Source: a virus
Lineage: Duplodnaviria; Heunggongvirae; Uroviricota; Caudoviricetes
IMG/VR virus record: IMGVR_UViG_3300021399_000096
Length of the DNA: 64,000 nucleotides
Reading direction: 5' to 3' (one strand)
Positions 11,789 through 24,027 of the stretch are shown here, in pieces; the first letter of the stretch is position 1, and each line of letters starts with the position of its first letter. Position numbers and translations under genes: made by a program. Under the pieces are notes generated by a model that saw only the letters and a program-made list of their open reading frames with translations, made no database searches and was not told where the DNA came from.

Positions 11789-12991
11789 TCACCATATATC
11801 ATGTGAAACCCCTTTACGACGTTCTTTATGAGTTACTTTTCTAATGCATTGCAAATATTCAGGATTTAATTTTTTAATATCAAATTTAATATGTCCTTCT
11901 TTATATAATTCTATTTCCTTTGCATTATATTCTTTAGTTCCTTCTGGATACCAATTATCAGATGTGTATTTTTTGGATATTTTATTTAATTCTTCCCATG
12001 CATAATCGTCGGTTTTTTGATCTGCTAGCCATGTTGTTTTCTCACAAATATTAAATACTACATATGGTTGACAAATATAACCACCTAATGTCACATCAAA
12101 TACAACATCAAATTGTCTGACAATATCATGAAATTTTTCTTTTTCTTCATTTCCACGTCTGAATCCCTCTTCGGGCCAATTAGCAATCACAAAATCATTG
12201 TTTCTCAAACTATTTGCAACTAACATATCATATAATAACCATTCATCCCAAATATCGTCATTATGCACTAAAATATCATAATCTGTTTGATCTTTGCATT
12301 TTTCTGGATATTTTTCTTTATATTCAGCAAGACATTTATCAACTATAGCTTTATTGCTTTCATTAATACGTGGAATTTCTTTTAGTTCTGATTCTCTAGC
12401 CCACTTATTATGTCGTATTTTTACAGAAGCTTCTTCCGGAAACAAATCATCTGTTATCATATCTTCAATAGTTGGCCAATTTTCATCTCTTTCGCCTGGA
12501 CAACTATCACAAGAATCTTCACATCCAATTATATAATCTATATCTTGGGATTTATTTGAATTCGTAATTTCAACTGCCTGTTCTTCAACAATAATTTTTT
12601 TCCAATTTTCTCCGTCAAATATATATTCATTCCCATTATATTCAACCATTGCTCCTTCATGGAATATAGTAAAACCAATAACAGTTGGTCCTTCACTTTC
12701 TGGGTCTGTTGTTGACATACCAACATAATATACCATATCATTTAAATCTCCGGGTGCAGTTAAATCAATTTTAATCCATCTGGTTACTCCATCTTCACAT
12801 CGTACATAACGATATTCTGCATCTTTATACACAATATAATCGCCTTGTTTAAAATCTGTATAATTCTCAATAGTAGGACCTGTTTCACTAAGTGGGTCGG
12901 TAGATGACACACCTTTAAATATCCAGTCATTTAATGTTTCTATTTGATTATTCATTTCTTCATTAATTGTTTGATTTCTGTATGTACTCAT
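11789..12991 (-). CDS. Hypothetical protein, 400 aa, with two N-terminal ~60-aa repeats
   Basis: FKGVSSTDPLSETGPTI...GDYIVYKDAEY and YVGMSTTDPESEGPTV...GAMVEYNGNEY; no TAG. Confidence 0.75.
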   Translation of the reverse strand: MSTYRNQTINEEMNNQIETLNDWIFKGVSSTDPLSETGPTIENYTDFKQGDYIVYKDAEYRYVRCEDGVTRWIKIDLTAPGDLNDMVYYVGMSTTDPESEGPTVIGFTIFHEGAMVEYNGNEYIFDGENWKKIIVEEQAVEITNSNKSQDIDYIIGCEDSCDSCPGERDENWPTIEDMITDDLFPEEASVKIRHNKWARESELKEIPRINESNKAIVDKCLAEYKEKYPEKCKDQTDYDILVHNDDIWDEWLLYDMLVANSLRNNDFVIANWPEEGFRRGNEEKEKFHDIVRQFDVVFDVTLGGYICQPYVVFNICEKTTWLADQKTDDYAWEELNKISKKYTSDNWYPEGTKEYNAKEIELYKEGHIKFDIKKLNPEYLQCIRKVTHKERRKGVSHDIW

Positions 12992-13003
12992 AATTATAAT
13001 ATT

Positions 13004-13498
13004 TCATTTTTCTTCTAATGCTAGTTTATAGATTTTTTCTTCTAATGGTTCTGACAACCCATTTTTATATGTTGCATTATTATATAATCCATATGCTATG
13101 GATAATTTTTTATTTGCATATGCTGGCGCATAATCTTCATTTTCATTTTCTTTAATTACAAAATCCGAAAAATTATAAAATACATCATATTTCCCCATTA
13201 CAGTTAAAGTACTTCTAAAATAAATTGTAAAATTTTTAGTTTCTATATAATATCTAAAATCATCATAATTTATTGAACATTTAAATAAGTTTGAAAACTT
13301 AAAATTAAAAATATATGCAGTTTCTATAAAATCTTTCAATAAATCTTCATCACAAAAATATATTGGGAATTCTCGCCAAATTTTAATTCCGAATATTGAA
13401 ATTTGGTAATTCAATATATAAACATCATTATCAAAACTATTTGTTTTAAGGTGTTTCTTAATTATTTTAATAGGTCTTTGTGATTTTTCTATTTCCAT
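13004..13498 (-). CDS. Hypothetical protein, 164 aa
   Basis: Uninterrupted ORF within a minus-strand operon. Confidence 0.7.
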   Translation of the reverse strand: MEIEKSQRPIKIIKKHLKTNSFDNDVYILNYQISIFGIKIWREFPIYFCDEDLLKDFIETAYIFNFKFSNLFKCSINYDDFRYYIETKNFTIYFRSTLTVMGKYDVFYNFSDFVIKENENEDYAPAYANKKLSIAYGLYNNATYKNGLSEPLEEKIYKLALEEK

Positions 13499-14084
13499 CT
13501 TTATCGAATTTATTATTGTATTCTAATAAAAGTTGCTCAATATTTGATTCTCTTTTGCAACATTTGTCATACCATTTAATTCTGAGATTCCAATTTAATC
13601 TAATTGGCTGTATAACTTTTTTATTATTCAAAATAGTTTTAGCCAGTTTAATTTCACGTTTTGTCAATCCTTCAAATCCATCAGTATGTACAAAATTAAA
13701 TAATTGTTCGTCCAACATGTCTCCATCATCATCAAAAATTACATATGATTCAACTTCATCTTCATGTGCATCCAACCATCTCTGAATTTCATCTCCTCTT
13801 TCTCTTCCTTTATGATCTGTTACATCATATATAGCTTTAGTAAATATAGAATCTTCTGTAATCGTCCCATTTGCTTGCTTTGCCCATCCATTGAAAAGTT
13901 TGTTTACAAAATGCTCTGCATTTTTACTTCCAACACTCCAAGAAGATGATACAACAATTTTAGCATCTGTTTCCTTTATAAGTTCTTCTAATAACGCTAC
14001 TTTTTCTGGATCCAAATGCCATCTGCATTCTGGTGTGGAAATGACACCGTCAAAATCAAGAAATATGATTTTCAGTTTTTTCAT
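13467..14084 (-). CDS. HAD-superfamily phosphatase of the Swiss-army-knife RNA-repair (HAD_SAK_2) type
   Basis: IIFLDFDGV, IVVSSSW, RGDEIQRWL, YVIFDDDGDM, FVHTD..GLT motifs. Confidence 0.85.
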   Translation of the reverse strand: MKKLKIIFLDFDGVISTPECRWHLDPEKVALLEELIKETDAKIVVSSSWSVGSKNAEHFVNKLFNGWAKQANGTITEDSIFTKAIYDVTDHKGRERGDEIQRWLDAHEDEVESYVIFDDDGDMLDEQLFNFVHTDGFEGLTKREIKLAKTILNNKKVIQPIRLNWNLRIKWYDKCCKRESNIEQLLLEYNNKFDKDGNRKITKTY

Positions 14085-14244
14085 TTATGCAATAAGGTTT
14101 CTGTCAACATAGAAATCTTCATTATTTCTTCATTCCCAATTTTTAATATAGCCATTTCGACACATATAAGAAACTAATTGGTAATAAACGGTTTCATCAT
14201 TGTTACTATATTCTTTTACGGCTTCAATAATATCTAATGCTTCT

Positions 14245-14583
14245 TCATTTGTCATATTCTTTGTATTTTTCATTTAAAAATTTTCTTAGTTTTCCAATAT
14301 GCACATATTCAGCTTTTGTATGTTGATTATCTTTATCAAATTCAAATTCAGACAAATCTAATTTAGTTAATCCAAATATCTCATTCAACATAGTCGGTAA
14401 CCAATCATCTGAATCTTTTAGATATACTTCCAAATCTCCTTTTAAAATATAAAAATTCTCACCATTATATCTTGCAGATGATTCACGCAATGTCATTATA
14501 AAGGCCGTGACTAAATCGCCAACTTTTGTTAATTTAGTAATATCGAAATCTTTATCAAAAATATCAATTTCCATTGTCTTCAA
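14245..14583 (-). CDS. Hypothetical protein, 112 aa
   Basis: Overlapping operon gene, no TAG. Confidence 0.7.
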   Translation of the reverse strand: MKTMEIDIFDKDFDITKLTKVGDLVTAFIMTLRESSARYNGENFYILKGDLEVYLKDSDDWLPTMLNEIFGLTKLDLSEFEFDKDNQHTKAEYVHIGKLRKFLNEKYKEYDK

Positions 14584-15061
14584 ATTTTTCTTTTAAGCGA
14601 ATATATTCGTTATATTCATAATGTTCATCTTTTTCAAATTTTTCTTTTAGACGAAGATATTCATTATATTCATAATTTTCCTTGTCTTTTTTATGCTTTT
14701 CAATAATAGCCAACTCTTCTTCATCAGTAAATTGCCAGATATCAAAATCTCTTAAAATTTGAATATACGGGCTATATGTAATTTTATTATCACTATTTAC
14801 GTGCATATAAAGACGAAAATTCCCATTATTCCAGTTTTTTGGTTCGATAATAAATTCGTTACCCAATTTTGGCTCATCGTCATCATCATACCCAGTACCT
14901 AATGCTATAAATGTTTTGTCCGTAAACGTAATAATACACATGTGTGTATCATAATTACCTGTATTAGTAAATGCAATTTTATCTACCACTTTATTCTTTA
15001 ATAGATCATAGTCAGAATCACCATGTAGAAAAATTTGTTTATATTTTTTATTTAGTTCCAT
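14564..15061 (-). CDS. Hypothetical protein, 165 aa, with duplicated EYNEY(L/I)RLKEKFE tail
   Basis: First gene after an AAAC-N17-TATAAT motif; no TAG. Confidence 0.75.
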   Translation of the reverse strand: MELNKKYKQIFLHGDSDYDLLKNKVVDKIAFTNTGNYDTHMCIITFTDKTFIALGTGYDDDDEPKLGNEFIIEPKNWNNGNFRLYMHVNSDNKITYSPYIQILRDFDIWQFTDEEELAIIEKHKKDKENYEYNEYLRLKEKFEKDEHYEYNEYIRLKEKFEDNGN

Positions 15062-15188
15062 AATTTTAAAATATTTTTAATAATTCAAATATTATAAATC
15101 AAAAAATGATAAAGTTTCAAAAAAGAATGGAATACTTTCGCAAGCACTCCATTCCAAAAATACCAATATACATATGAAACATATCCAA

Positions 15189-15914
15189 TTACATCTTTTG
15201 AAGTTCTTCATCGTCTGGAGTAGCTTCACCGACAAAAGCATCATGGAGCTCGATGAATTCTTCAAGTTCAGTAATCTTAAAGTCAAACTTAATACCTGCT
15301 GTTGCAATGTTAATGCGTTCACGCATAAGTTTGAGTTTTTTGTCAATATTTGACAATTGCCTAATAATCTCAAGAACATTTTGAAGAATATGGCTGTATG
15401 TTACAAAATTCTCGTCATCTTTCTTCTCAACCTTTTCAAGATCAAATCCTTCTAATTCTGCCATTGCTCTTGCAGATTCAAGTCCAACACCAGCAGGATT
15501 AGACATAGTTTGATAAAGATACATAAGAGTTGCATAATCAACTTCAAATGGAAGAGTAGCATCTGCTTTATATTTCTCAATTGCTTCAGAAATAACCTTG
15601 TCAAACATGAGCATTCCTTTCCATGTTCCTTTCTCCCAATGGTTCAAAGTTGCATTCCAATTCTTAAGGAGTTCTGCAAATGCAAGCGCATCCTTCTCTG
15701 CAATAACATAAGTTTTATTTGCGTACTTTGCTACTTCTTCATCAAATTCAGCTTTAGCCTTATTGACATCTTCTGTAGTTGCTTCCTCGTCATAAACATT
15801 AAGCCATTTACCAAACTTTTCACGAAGATCCTTACGGAACTTTTCATGAAGTTTTTTCAATTGCTCATCTGACATTTTAGTTGCATCTACTTTTTCATTA
15901 GTTTTCTTTGCCAT
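15189..15914 (-). CDS. Hypothetical alpha-helical protein, 241 aa
   Basis: Long ORF, no TAG, followed by a hairpin near 15124-15153. Confidence 0.8.
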   Translation of the reverse strand: MAKKTNEKVDATKMSDEQLKKLHEKFRKDLREKFGKWLNVYDEEATTEDVNKAKAEFDEEVAKYANKTYVIAEKDALAFAELLKNWNATLNHWEKGTWKGMLMFDKVISEAIEKYKADATLPFEVDYATLMYLYQTMSNPAGVGLESARAMAELEGFDLEKVEKKDDENFVTYSHILQNVLEIIRQLSNIDKKLKLMRERINIATAGIKFDFKITELEEFIELHDAFVGEATPDDEELQKM

Positions 15915-15922
15915 AATTAAAT

Positions 15923-16150
15923 CTACTTAATTTTATTTTTGTAATGTTTTCTTCTAGATTCTTTTTCCTTATATTCACCCATTGTCATATAAAATTTTCT
16001 TGGAACTGTAATAATATACCTAGAATGATCAACTTGATCCCAATTACCTATACATGGAACGGTTTCAGCTAATTTATATTTAAAATAATGAATGGATGTA
16101 TTTTTATTTTGTATTTTTCTATTTATGATTTTTAATCCTTTAGTTTTCAT
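15923..16150 (-). CDS. Hypothetical protein, 75 aa (TAG end with TAA two codons later)
   Basis: ORF track; backup TAA at 15917-15919. Confidence 0.55.
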   Translation of the reverse strand: MKTKGLKIINRKIQNKNTSIHYFKYKLAETVPCIGNWDQVDHSRYIITVPRKFYMTMGEYKEKESRRKHYKNKIK

Positions 16151-16173
16151 TTTTTTCTTTGATATATTTTATA

Positions 16174-16389
16174 TTATTTTGTAATTTTCATTAATGGATG
16201 TTGTCTAGCATATTCAATACCATAAATGTTTACGAGATACTTATCTAATATCAAATTATTTTCATATATAACCTTATTTGGTTTAAATCCATATTCATCA
16301 TAATCTGAACGTTTTGGTTCTGGATCATATATTCCGCTAAATGACTAATCATTTTTCCATTTATTATAATCCTTTTCGTAATCAGTCAT
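16174..16389 (-). CDS. Small hypothetical protein, 71 aa, one TAG
   Basis: MTDYEKDYNKWKND(Q)SFSGIYDPEPKRSDY... open to TAA under code 15. Confidence 0.6.
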
Positions 16390-16399
16390 AATTCAAAAA

Positions 16400-16609
16400 T
16401 TATTTTTTCTTTGTTATACTTCTATATTTCTTAGCTGCGCAAGAATCACATGTTATTAACAAATCTTGCTCATTGTCAAATTCCTATTCAAAATTTTTAA
16501 TATTTTTAGCGTTATTGAATATCTACCCAGTATATTGAATATCTATATAGCCAGTACCCTATTTAATTATCTTCTAACCATAAAAATATATGTTCCTGTA
16601 AATTTTCAT
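16400..16609 (-). CDS. Small hypothetical protein, 69 aa, four TAG
   Basis: MKIYRNIYFYG(Q)KIIK(Q)GTGY...; fills the gap between neighbours under code 15. Confidence 0.55.
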
Positions 16610-16614
16610 ATTAA

Positions 16615-17142
16615 TTATAATAAAACTATTAACAATGTAATTAAGCCTCCCAGGATGACACTATTTATACCTATAAAGGATGCTAATTCCCATTTAAAAT
16701 TAGGAAATTTATCTAGAATAGGCGCATATTTCCATTCAACAACATAAGAACATGAAACCGTTTCTAAAATTTCATCACTTGGTTTATTGTCATCATCAAA
16801 TTCTTCAATATAATAAAAATTAGGTGCTTCGAAATAATCACCCCAATTAATATCCGTTACAATATATCGTGTTATTGGCATACAAACTTCTTGAAGTTTT
16901 TGATATTTCATTATATCAGAACCAGCTAATTGAAAATTTTCTGGAATAGAAACAATACCAGTAATAGCAGTCATATCATCATTAACTGCTAATCTGTATT
17001 CATTAAACTTTGATTTTGGATCTGCAATTTCCTATTGAATGTCTATTAGAAATTGTTTTCTATTATCTCTATCAATCTTTATTTGTTTTAGATTATTAAA
17101 AAATTGTTGAACTCGTTTTCCAAATTTAGTTTTTAGTTTCAT
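16615..17142 (-). CDS. Membrane-anchored hypothetical protein, 175 aa
   Basis: ORF 16615-16974 extends upstream through one TAG to ATG 17142; C-terminal hydrophobic helix. Confidence 0.7.
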
Positions 17143-17235
17143 ATTCAATATATTGATTTTAATATTTTATTCAAAGTATTTATTTTTGTTTATTTATAAA
17201 AAGAAAAGCACCTGATTTCTCAGATGCTCTATTTT

Positions 17236-17499
17236 TTAATAGTTAAAAATCACTTCTTCTGGAATGGCATAAACACAACCTTTCCAGTCATATTTTAGCA
17301 ATTCATCATCCCATTTAAATAATGATTTATGTTTAAGGTATGGACCCAAATATGTAACTGGGACAATTTTTGTAATTGTTTTTCCATCTTTTTTATAAGT
17401 GAATTTTAACGCTTCCTCAAATAAATGTTTTGTTGACATTAAAAAATTATGATGTTGAGGATAAAATGTTGTTTTGTAAAAAGCTGTGTGTCTTGCCAT
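17236..17499 (-). CDS. Hypothetical protein, 87 aa
   Basis: ATG at 17499 (MARHTAFY...) just downstream of the sigma gene. Confidence 0.65.
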   Translation of the reverse strand: MARHTAFYKTTFYPQHHNFLMSTKHLFEEALKFTYKKDGKTITKIVPVTYLGPYLKHKSLFKWDDELLKYDWKGCVYAIPEEVIFNY

Positions 17500-17525
17500 A
17501 TTGTTAGTTAAATATTTTAAAGTTA

Positions 17526-18392
17526 TTAATAATGCCCAAACTAACAAAGGTCTAGCGCACCATTCATATCAACATAGGTGTCTACTAAATCTTTGTGATT
17601 AATTGTCAGAATTCGTTTAAGATTTTCTTTACCACGATAAAGATAATTCTTAACGGTGGATTCATTCATTGAAAGCTCATCTGCGATCTCACGAATTTTC
17701 TTTCCATCAACAAGTTTCATATGAAGAATCTTGCCGCCGATACCTGGAATATGTGTCATTTCTGCAACAGATACATCATAAAGTTCTTTAGTAATATCAG
17801 AAAAATCACTTGAAGTAAATTCTGCTCCATTAAAGGTTCCATTCTCGAACTCAGAAATATTCTGAATATAAGATTGGGAACGATTAACCATTTCAGAATC
17901 GTAAATATCTGCAATATCATTGTCAACAATATTCAATTTTGCTTGATTTTTGATAAATCCAAGACAGTTATTACGGCAGATTGTCCACAACCAAGTTGAA
18001 AACTTTGCCACATTAGGGTCATAAGAATCAATCTTATTAAATGCATTAATAAAAGTTTCAATAGTCATATCATATGCATCATCATTGTTCTTTACAAACC
18101 CATATGCATATTGCTTGATACCATACCAGAAGAATTCCTGAAGGGCGGTCCATGACTTTTCGGATTTAGTTGCTAAGAAATCTGCAACCAATGCATCAGC
18201 TTGAATATTAATTTTCTTTTTTGGACGACCTGCTTTTTTCTCTGCTTTTTCTGCAAGCTTCATTGATTCTTGAATCTCTTCATCAGATACATTAAATAAT
18301 GCGCTAATTTCTTGATTTTCTTCATTCATACTGTTTTCTGTCATGCTTTCCAACTCTTTTTCAATCAATGTTTCAAAAATGTTTTTAACCAT
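17526..18392 (-). CDS. RNA polymerase sigma-70 factor, ECF-like (ends at TAG 17541 in code 11, TAA 17526 in code 15)
   Basis: Region 2 DAYDMTIETFINAFNKIDSYDP..KFSTWLWTICRNNCL; region 4 HTH KIREIADELSMNESTVKNYLYRGKENLK. Confidence 0.9.
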
Positions 18393-18443
18393 ACTAATTT
18401 TTATTTTTTGTATTTCTCATTATTACTTTTTCAATTTATAATA

Positions 18444-18481
18444 TAAACATAAATCCTTTTTCTTAAACTAAAAAATAGAAG
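18444..18481 (-). promoter_or_regulatory. Early-class promoter motif, variant -7 box TATGTTTA
   Basis: CTTCTATTTTTT...; same 38-bp spacing as five other copies; upstream of the sigma gene. Confidence 0.55.
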
Positions 18482-18561
18482 TTATATTTTTTAACTTTTT
18501 ACATGCATAATTAAATGGCCATAATTAAACAGTGCATATAATCTTTTTTATTTTTACAGTA

Positions 18562-18599
18562 CAAAATTAATGTGCTTTTCATAAACTAAAAAATAGAAG
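18562..18599 (-). promoter_or_regulatory. Early-class promoter (CTTCTATTTTT...TAATTTTG)
   Basis: Contains the Bacteroidetes housekeeping -7 consensus TAnnTTTG. Confidence 0.7.
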
Positions 18600-18809
18600 T
18601 TAATTTTTTGATAATTTACCACCTGTCATTGATTATATTTATTTAAGTTGTTTTTGTTTCAATTTTATATTGCAAATATACAAAAAAGTTTTAAAAAATA
18701 AAAATATTTTTTTAAATATGTATTTTTTCCTAAATTTTTTAATATTTTCTCTATTTGTATCCAATAAAATAATCAAAATAAATAAAAAAAGTATATTCTG
18801 TAATAATAT

Positions 18810-21800
18810 ATGAAGATTTTAAAGTAGAAATATCACGGTCTTCCTGGTTTAGGAATTAATGGACAAATAGGTGAAAAAGGAAAAAATGGAGAAACTATTT
18901 TATTTGGATTTATAAATGACTTCTTTGATGGTGATAAGATAAAGGTTGGAACATATATATATGCAGCTAAACGGACATATAACCATCCGGAGGCAAGTGA
19001 GTTAGATACGTCTACTATAGAAGCTGCATGGAAAGTTACATAGCAAGAATTAAATGTTTTTCCAAATGATGCTTTACAAGCAGCAGTAAATAATAGTTCT
19101 TCAGGTGAAAATACTTCATATATTAATTTTAAAACATTTTATTATACTGGAACTAGATTAACAAATTCAAGTATAGCCAATGGGGCTGATGATCCAGATA
19201 GTAGTATTCTTGACAATAGTACAATAGAAGATGCGAAGACAGTCGAATTAGATTTAATTGGTGATTATATTTCAATGTCCTTTATGTTAAAGTCATTAGA
19301 ACCGAATTTCAATGAATCATATAAAAATTATAAATCAGAATTTGATGAAACAGCCGCACTTCATTTTACTGACCCAAATTTTTCATCTAAGCTAATATAT
19401 AATATGTATAGTATTAATAATGATTAGACACATTATACATTTTAGGAAGGTTCTGAATTATATATGAATTTTAAAGATAAGAATGACAAATACAATATGT
19501 ATATGCCATTTGATACAAACGATGCCATTTATTTAAAGGATATTATAGCTGGTAAAGCAAGTGAAGATGGAAGTTTATTATTAAATATAGATTATTCCAA
19601 TTATTATGAAAATATTAACGGAGTTAATTATGTAAAAGAAGTTATTAAAGATATTGATGAAAATAATTTAATCTTAGATACAAATAATGTTATTGCAACT
19701 TTAAAAGATAATGAATTAGTAACGCAATATAATAATGATGGTAGAAATAGCTTTTTAATAGAATTTACTGCTGGCGATAATAAGTTATATGATAATGCAA
19801 CATGGAATCTTTTATATAAAACATCTTTTAATGATACTATTTCCTTTAGTGAACGTGAATAGAATCCAGCCTATTATAGTAAATATGATTTATTAGATGT
19901 TGACAGTAAAGCATCATATGGTATTGCATCTCCAGTTCTGTATGACAATACTAAAGGTAGTAAAGAAACTGTTAAACTTGGAGATATTGATAATTTGGTG
20001 ACAGATTCTTTTTATAAAGATAGATTGCAATGGGCTTCTAAAGATAATTCATATATTTGTGCAATGCTTACAACTGACAACGGATTAAGAGTTTATTATT
20101 CTTTAGATGATAATGATAGTTGGTTATTTGTTCCACGAACTCTAAAAAATATATATTAGCCAGGTGATGTTATATATTTTTATGCAAATTCATATGACTT
20201 TAATAATCCAAATAATCCAAATTATTAGAGTATTTTATATATGGTGGTTCTTACTGATGATTTAATGGGTTGCACCCCTAGTCAACTTATGGCCAGAGCG
20301 CAATTAGTTTCACCATTAGAAATTAAATTATTCAGTTTTAATGGAGATAGAGCATGTAATTATCAAAATGTCGGCATATTATTAAATAAAGCAGAAAATG
20401 ACAATACTAAAATGTCTAATAAAGGCTTTATGAGTATTGTTAATAATTACACAAATGCTCCAGCACTAATAGCCGCACCAAATAATAAAATACTAAATAG
20501 ATTTGTAGCTGCTGATTCTAGTATATCATTAGTTAATCATATTAAAGAAAATTAGCTTAATATTGATATATCTACTGAAATTGCATTAAAATTATCATCA
20601 TTAAATGTTAATCCAGTTAAAATCTCAGAAAATACTAATATAGAATTATTTAGTGAAGTATATAATAAACATATAAAATATTATAGTAATAATTTTATTA
20701 GACCGTTAGTTGATTTAGATTTATATTCTTCAAATGATAGTGATCAATTATCTATGTTTTCATATACAATAAATGGTAATGATTATTTTTATGATATTGA
20801 AAATCTTAATGATTACTATTATGGTTGTGATATATATGATAAAAATATGCAATTAATAAAAACAATTGGAAGTAATGAATAGTCTTTTGATGTTGATTTA
20901 GTTCCATCTATTAATAATGATACCTATTATTTTTAGATGTTTGCATCTAATGGTTCTTCATTAAAATATTATAGTAAATTTACAAAACTTTCTATAACAT
21001 ATAAATTATTTAAATTTTATAATAATGTTAAAGAACTTGAATTGCCAAAAAGAACATACTATGGACAACAAATAGGTGTATTTTCAAATATGACAAAATC
21101 TAATAAAACAACTACAGAAGAAATTGAAAGATATTAGATAACTGCATTTGAATTAAAAATATTAGGTGATGATCAAAGTATTATAAGAGAAAAAAAATCA
21201 GGAAATATATTCTTTAATTTAACAGATATTAATGCGGAAAAAATAATTGATGCATCTTTATATGTATATGCAGAAGATCCATCTATTATAATTGATGATA
21301 TTTTATTTAATCATAAACATTATACTGAAGATATTAATAATTGGTCAGATATTAATCCAATTAAAGATCCAGAATTAGATACGTCAGCATTCAATATTGA
21401 TTTGAGTTCTAATTTACCTAAATACAGATCTGAATTAGGCGTTATATCTGAATTTAATTGTATAAAAGAATATGTCATTGCCGGTTGTGATAGTAATAAT
21501 GCGGTAGAAGATGAAGCAGAATTATTTAGAAATATTAATACTTCAATTTATAAACCTGCTGAAAGTGTCCAACGCTCAATATTAGTAACAGCTAAATATC
21601 ATTATAAAGATAGGCCTAATGAAGAATTTTATGAGAATTTTAATATTATTCAGCCCGGATTTAAAGATACTCGAGATCTTCCAGTATTTGAAATAAAAGC
21701 TCATACAACAATGGGTGATTTATAGACATATAATACTTTAGATAATGGTATTCTTACAAATCAATTTATAACATATATAGATATTAATATTAAAGATTTC

Positions 21801-23699
21801 AAAAAGCAATGGGGACAATTTATATTAGATTCTTCTATTTCTTTAGATTGTTCTATTGAAAATATTGAATATGATTTAGATTGGCAATATGATTATATTG
21901 TTAAAGATTTAGCTGAACGCAGAACATTTAGAGTAGCATTAGAAGATGATTTGAGAGAAGATTCATCCAAATATAAACTTAATAATTATGTAAAAATTGA
22001 TACATTATTATTTGAAACTAACTCTAAAATTCAAAATAATGATATAGCAAAAGATGCTGCAATACAAGGACAATTATTATGCGGAGGAAAGTTTGATGTT
22101 AATCAAGAATTTTTATTATATTCAACACCAAATACTGGAGATCCAATACAACCAACATATTTAAAAGATAATTATATTTTATGCGATTCCTCATTTGTTG
22201 ATATTAATAAAAATTCTAATGTAATGTATGCAGGTTTGCAAGATAACGTTACTGTACATTTATCAAATATTCCAGTATGTGATGATATTGATACCATTAA
22301 ACTTAAATTAACTGCTGAAATGGGAAATCCAATGTTAGCTAATATGTATTTTAGATATGCAGTTAAAAGTGTAAAAATAAATGTTAATATTGACGGTGAA
22401 ACTTATTCATTTAGCACTAAAGTCGTAGATGACTATACTAAAACAAATTCTACATATTTAGCAAAGCTTTCATCATTTGAAGATGGTGCAAAAACAATTA
22501 ACCAAATAGAATATAAATATATTTCAGAACCTATAGATGTAACATTTAACCCATTATCATATACAGTATGTCCTAACGATGTAGAATCAACATATACAAA
22601 TATCTATAGCAATAATGGATACATATATGGTGTTAAAGAACAGATTCAAAAAGAATTATCATTCTTTAATAGTTCTGTTTATGAGAATAATCCATATAAT
22701 TAGTCAAGTAAAAATATTAGAGAAAAGAATTTATATCCATTTAATACTTTATATATTAAGAAATCATATATACAAGATAATGTTAAAGCAATTAATGTTA
22801 AACCTGTTTCATTATATGATAATATTAATAAATGTAATTGTGAATTATATGAAAAAAGTATTGCAGATATTAGTACCCATAATATTTTGGATTATATTGA
22901 AGGAAACAAATATTTAAGTATTGCTTATCATTCTACTATTATGCAGCCAAAACTTAGAAATGATGAATATACTTTCTATTATAATAATAATGCATATTTA
23001 CGTTCTAAATATAATCAATTATTAAATAAAATTCCAGTATATGCATATGATACGCAATCAATTGAATTACGTGATGATGAACTTATTAATTCAATGGACA
23101 AGTGGAATGATTATTATACAGAATCTATAAAATATCCAGCAGCCAAAACATTTGATGGAGTATTAAGTTTATATGGAAATGGATACACACAATTATTAGA
23201 AACAAATACTAAAAATGTTAGATTCTTAAATTGTTTAGATATAGATGAGGTAGTTAAATTAAATAATGTTTCTATTAACTTAGAAAAAGGAATAAATGAA
23301 GTTGATATAGAACCAGCTAAAACAGATTAGCCAAATAATAGTGAATATTTCCGTGGATTCTTATATGATATAAAATGGGAATTCCCTTATTATGACAATA
23401 AAGATATTATTCCTTATCAAATTGTATCGCCTTTTGATATGTTAATAAATAATTCAGAAGATTATGATGGTTATCAAGATTATCAAAAAGCATTACAAAA
23501 GTCATATAATAATATGATACCATATAATTTATTATTTGATATTACTCCAAGAATTGCATATAATTTTGAAAATAATGGAATTAATGTTTTAATGTTGAGA
23601 CGTCCATCAGTTGGTATTGATACTGATATTATTGATAATGAAGAAGAATTTAATCAAAAATATAAATTCAGCCATCAATTATTTGATTTAATTAAATAA
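18810..23699 (+). CDS. Very large TAG-recoded protein, 1629 aa, probably virion structural
   Basis: Seven ORF-track pieces share one frame and are separated by TAG; N-terminal GINGQIGEKGKNG collagen-like stretch; AATAAATA upstream. Confidence 0.8.
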
Positions 23700-23910
23700 T
23701 CAAGATTTGAAAATGGATAATGCATTAAACTATTAAACTAAGTTCTGTAAATCGAAGATAACATCATTAATCAGAATGGATTTCAAATATCAAAATGATT
23801 TTCATTATTAAAATAATAATAACCACTAGACATAACTCTAAAATGCTTAGTGGTTTTTGTTTGCTTAGTTTAATTAATTTAAATAAAAAAAAAAATAAAT
23901 TTATTCCACC

Positions 23911-23965
23911 GAATAACTAACATTAGTTATTTTATGACAGGTTGAGAAAAAAGTTTTTTTGCATA
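23911..23965. repeat. Dispersed ~55-bp intergenic element, copy 1
   Basis: gaataactaacattagttattttatgacaggttgagaaaaaagtttttttgcata, nearly identical to 61454-61507. Confidence 0.85.
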
Positions 23966-24027
23966 TATTTTTATAGAAAAACAATATCTCAAAATTGGCA
24001 TATAATATTAAAATAATAAAAGCTTTA

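Noticed and set aside
23700..23830. Small gene after the 1629-aa protein
   Set aside because: Only very short ATG-initiated frames ending in TAA; no support.
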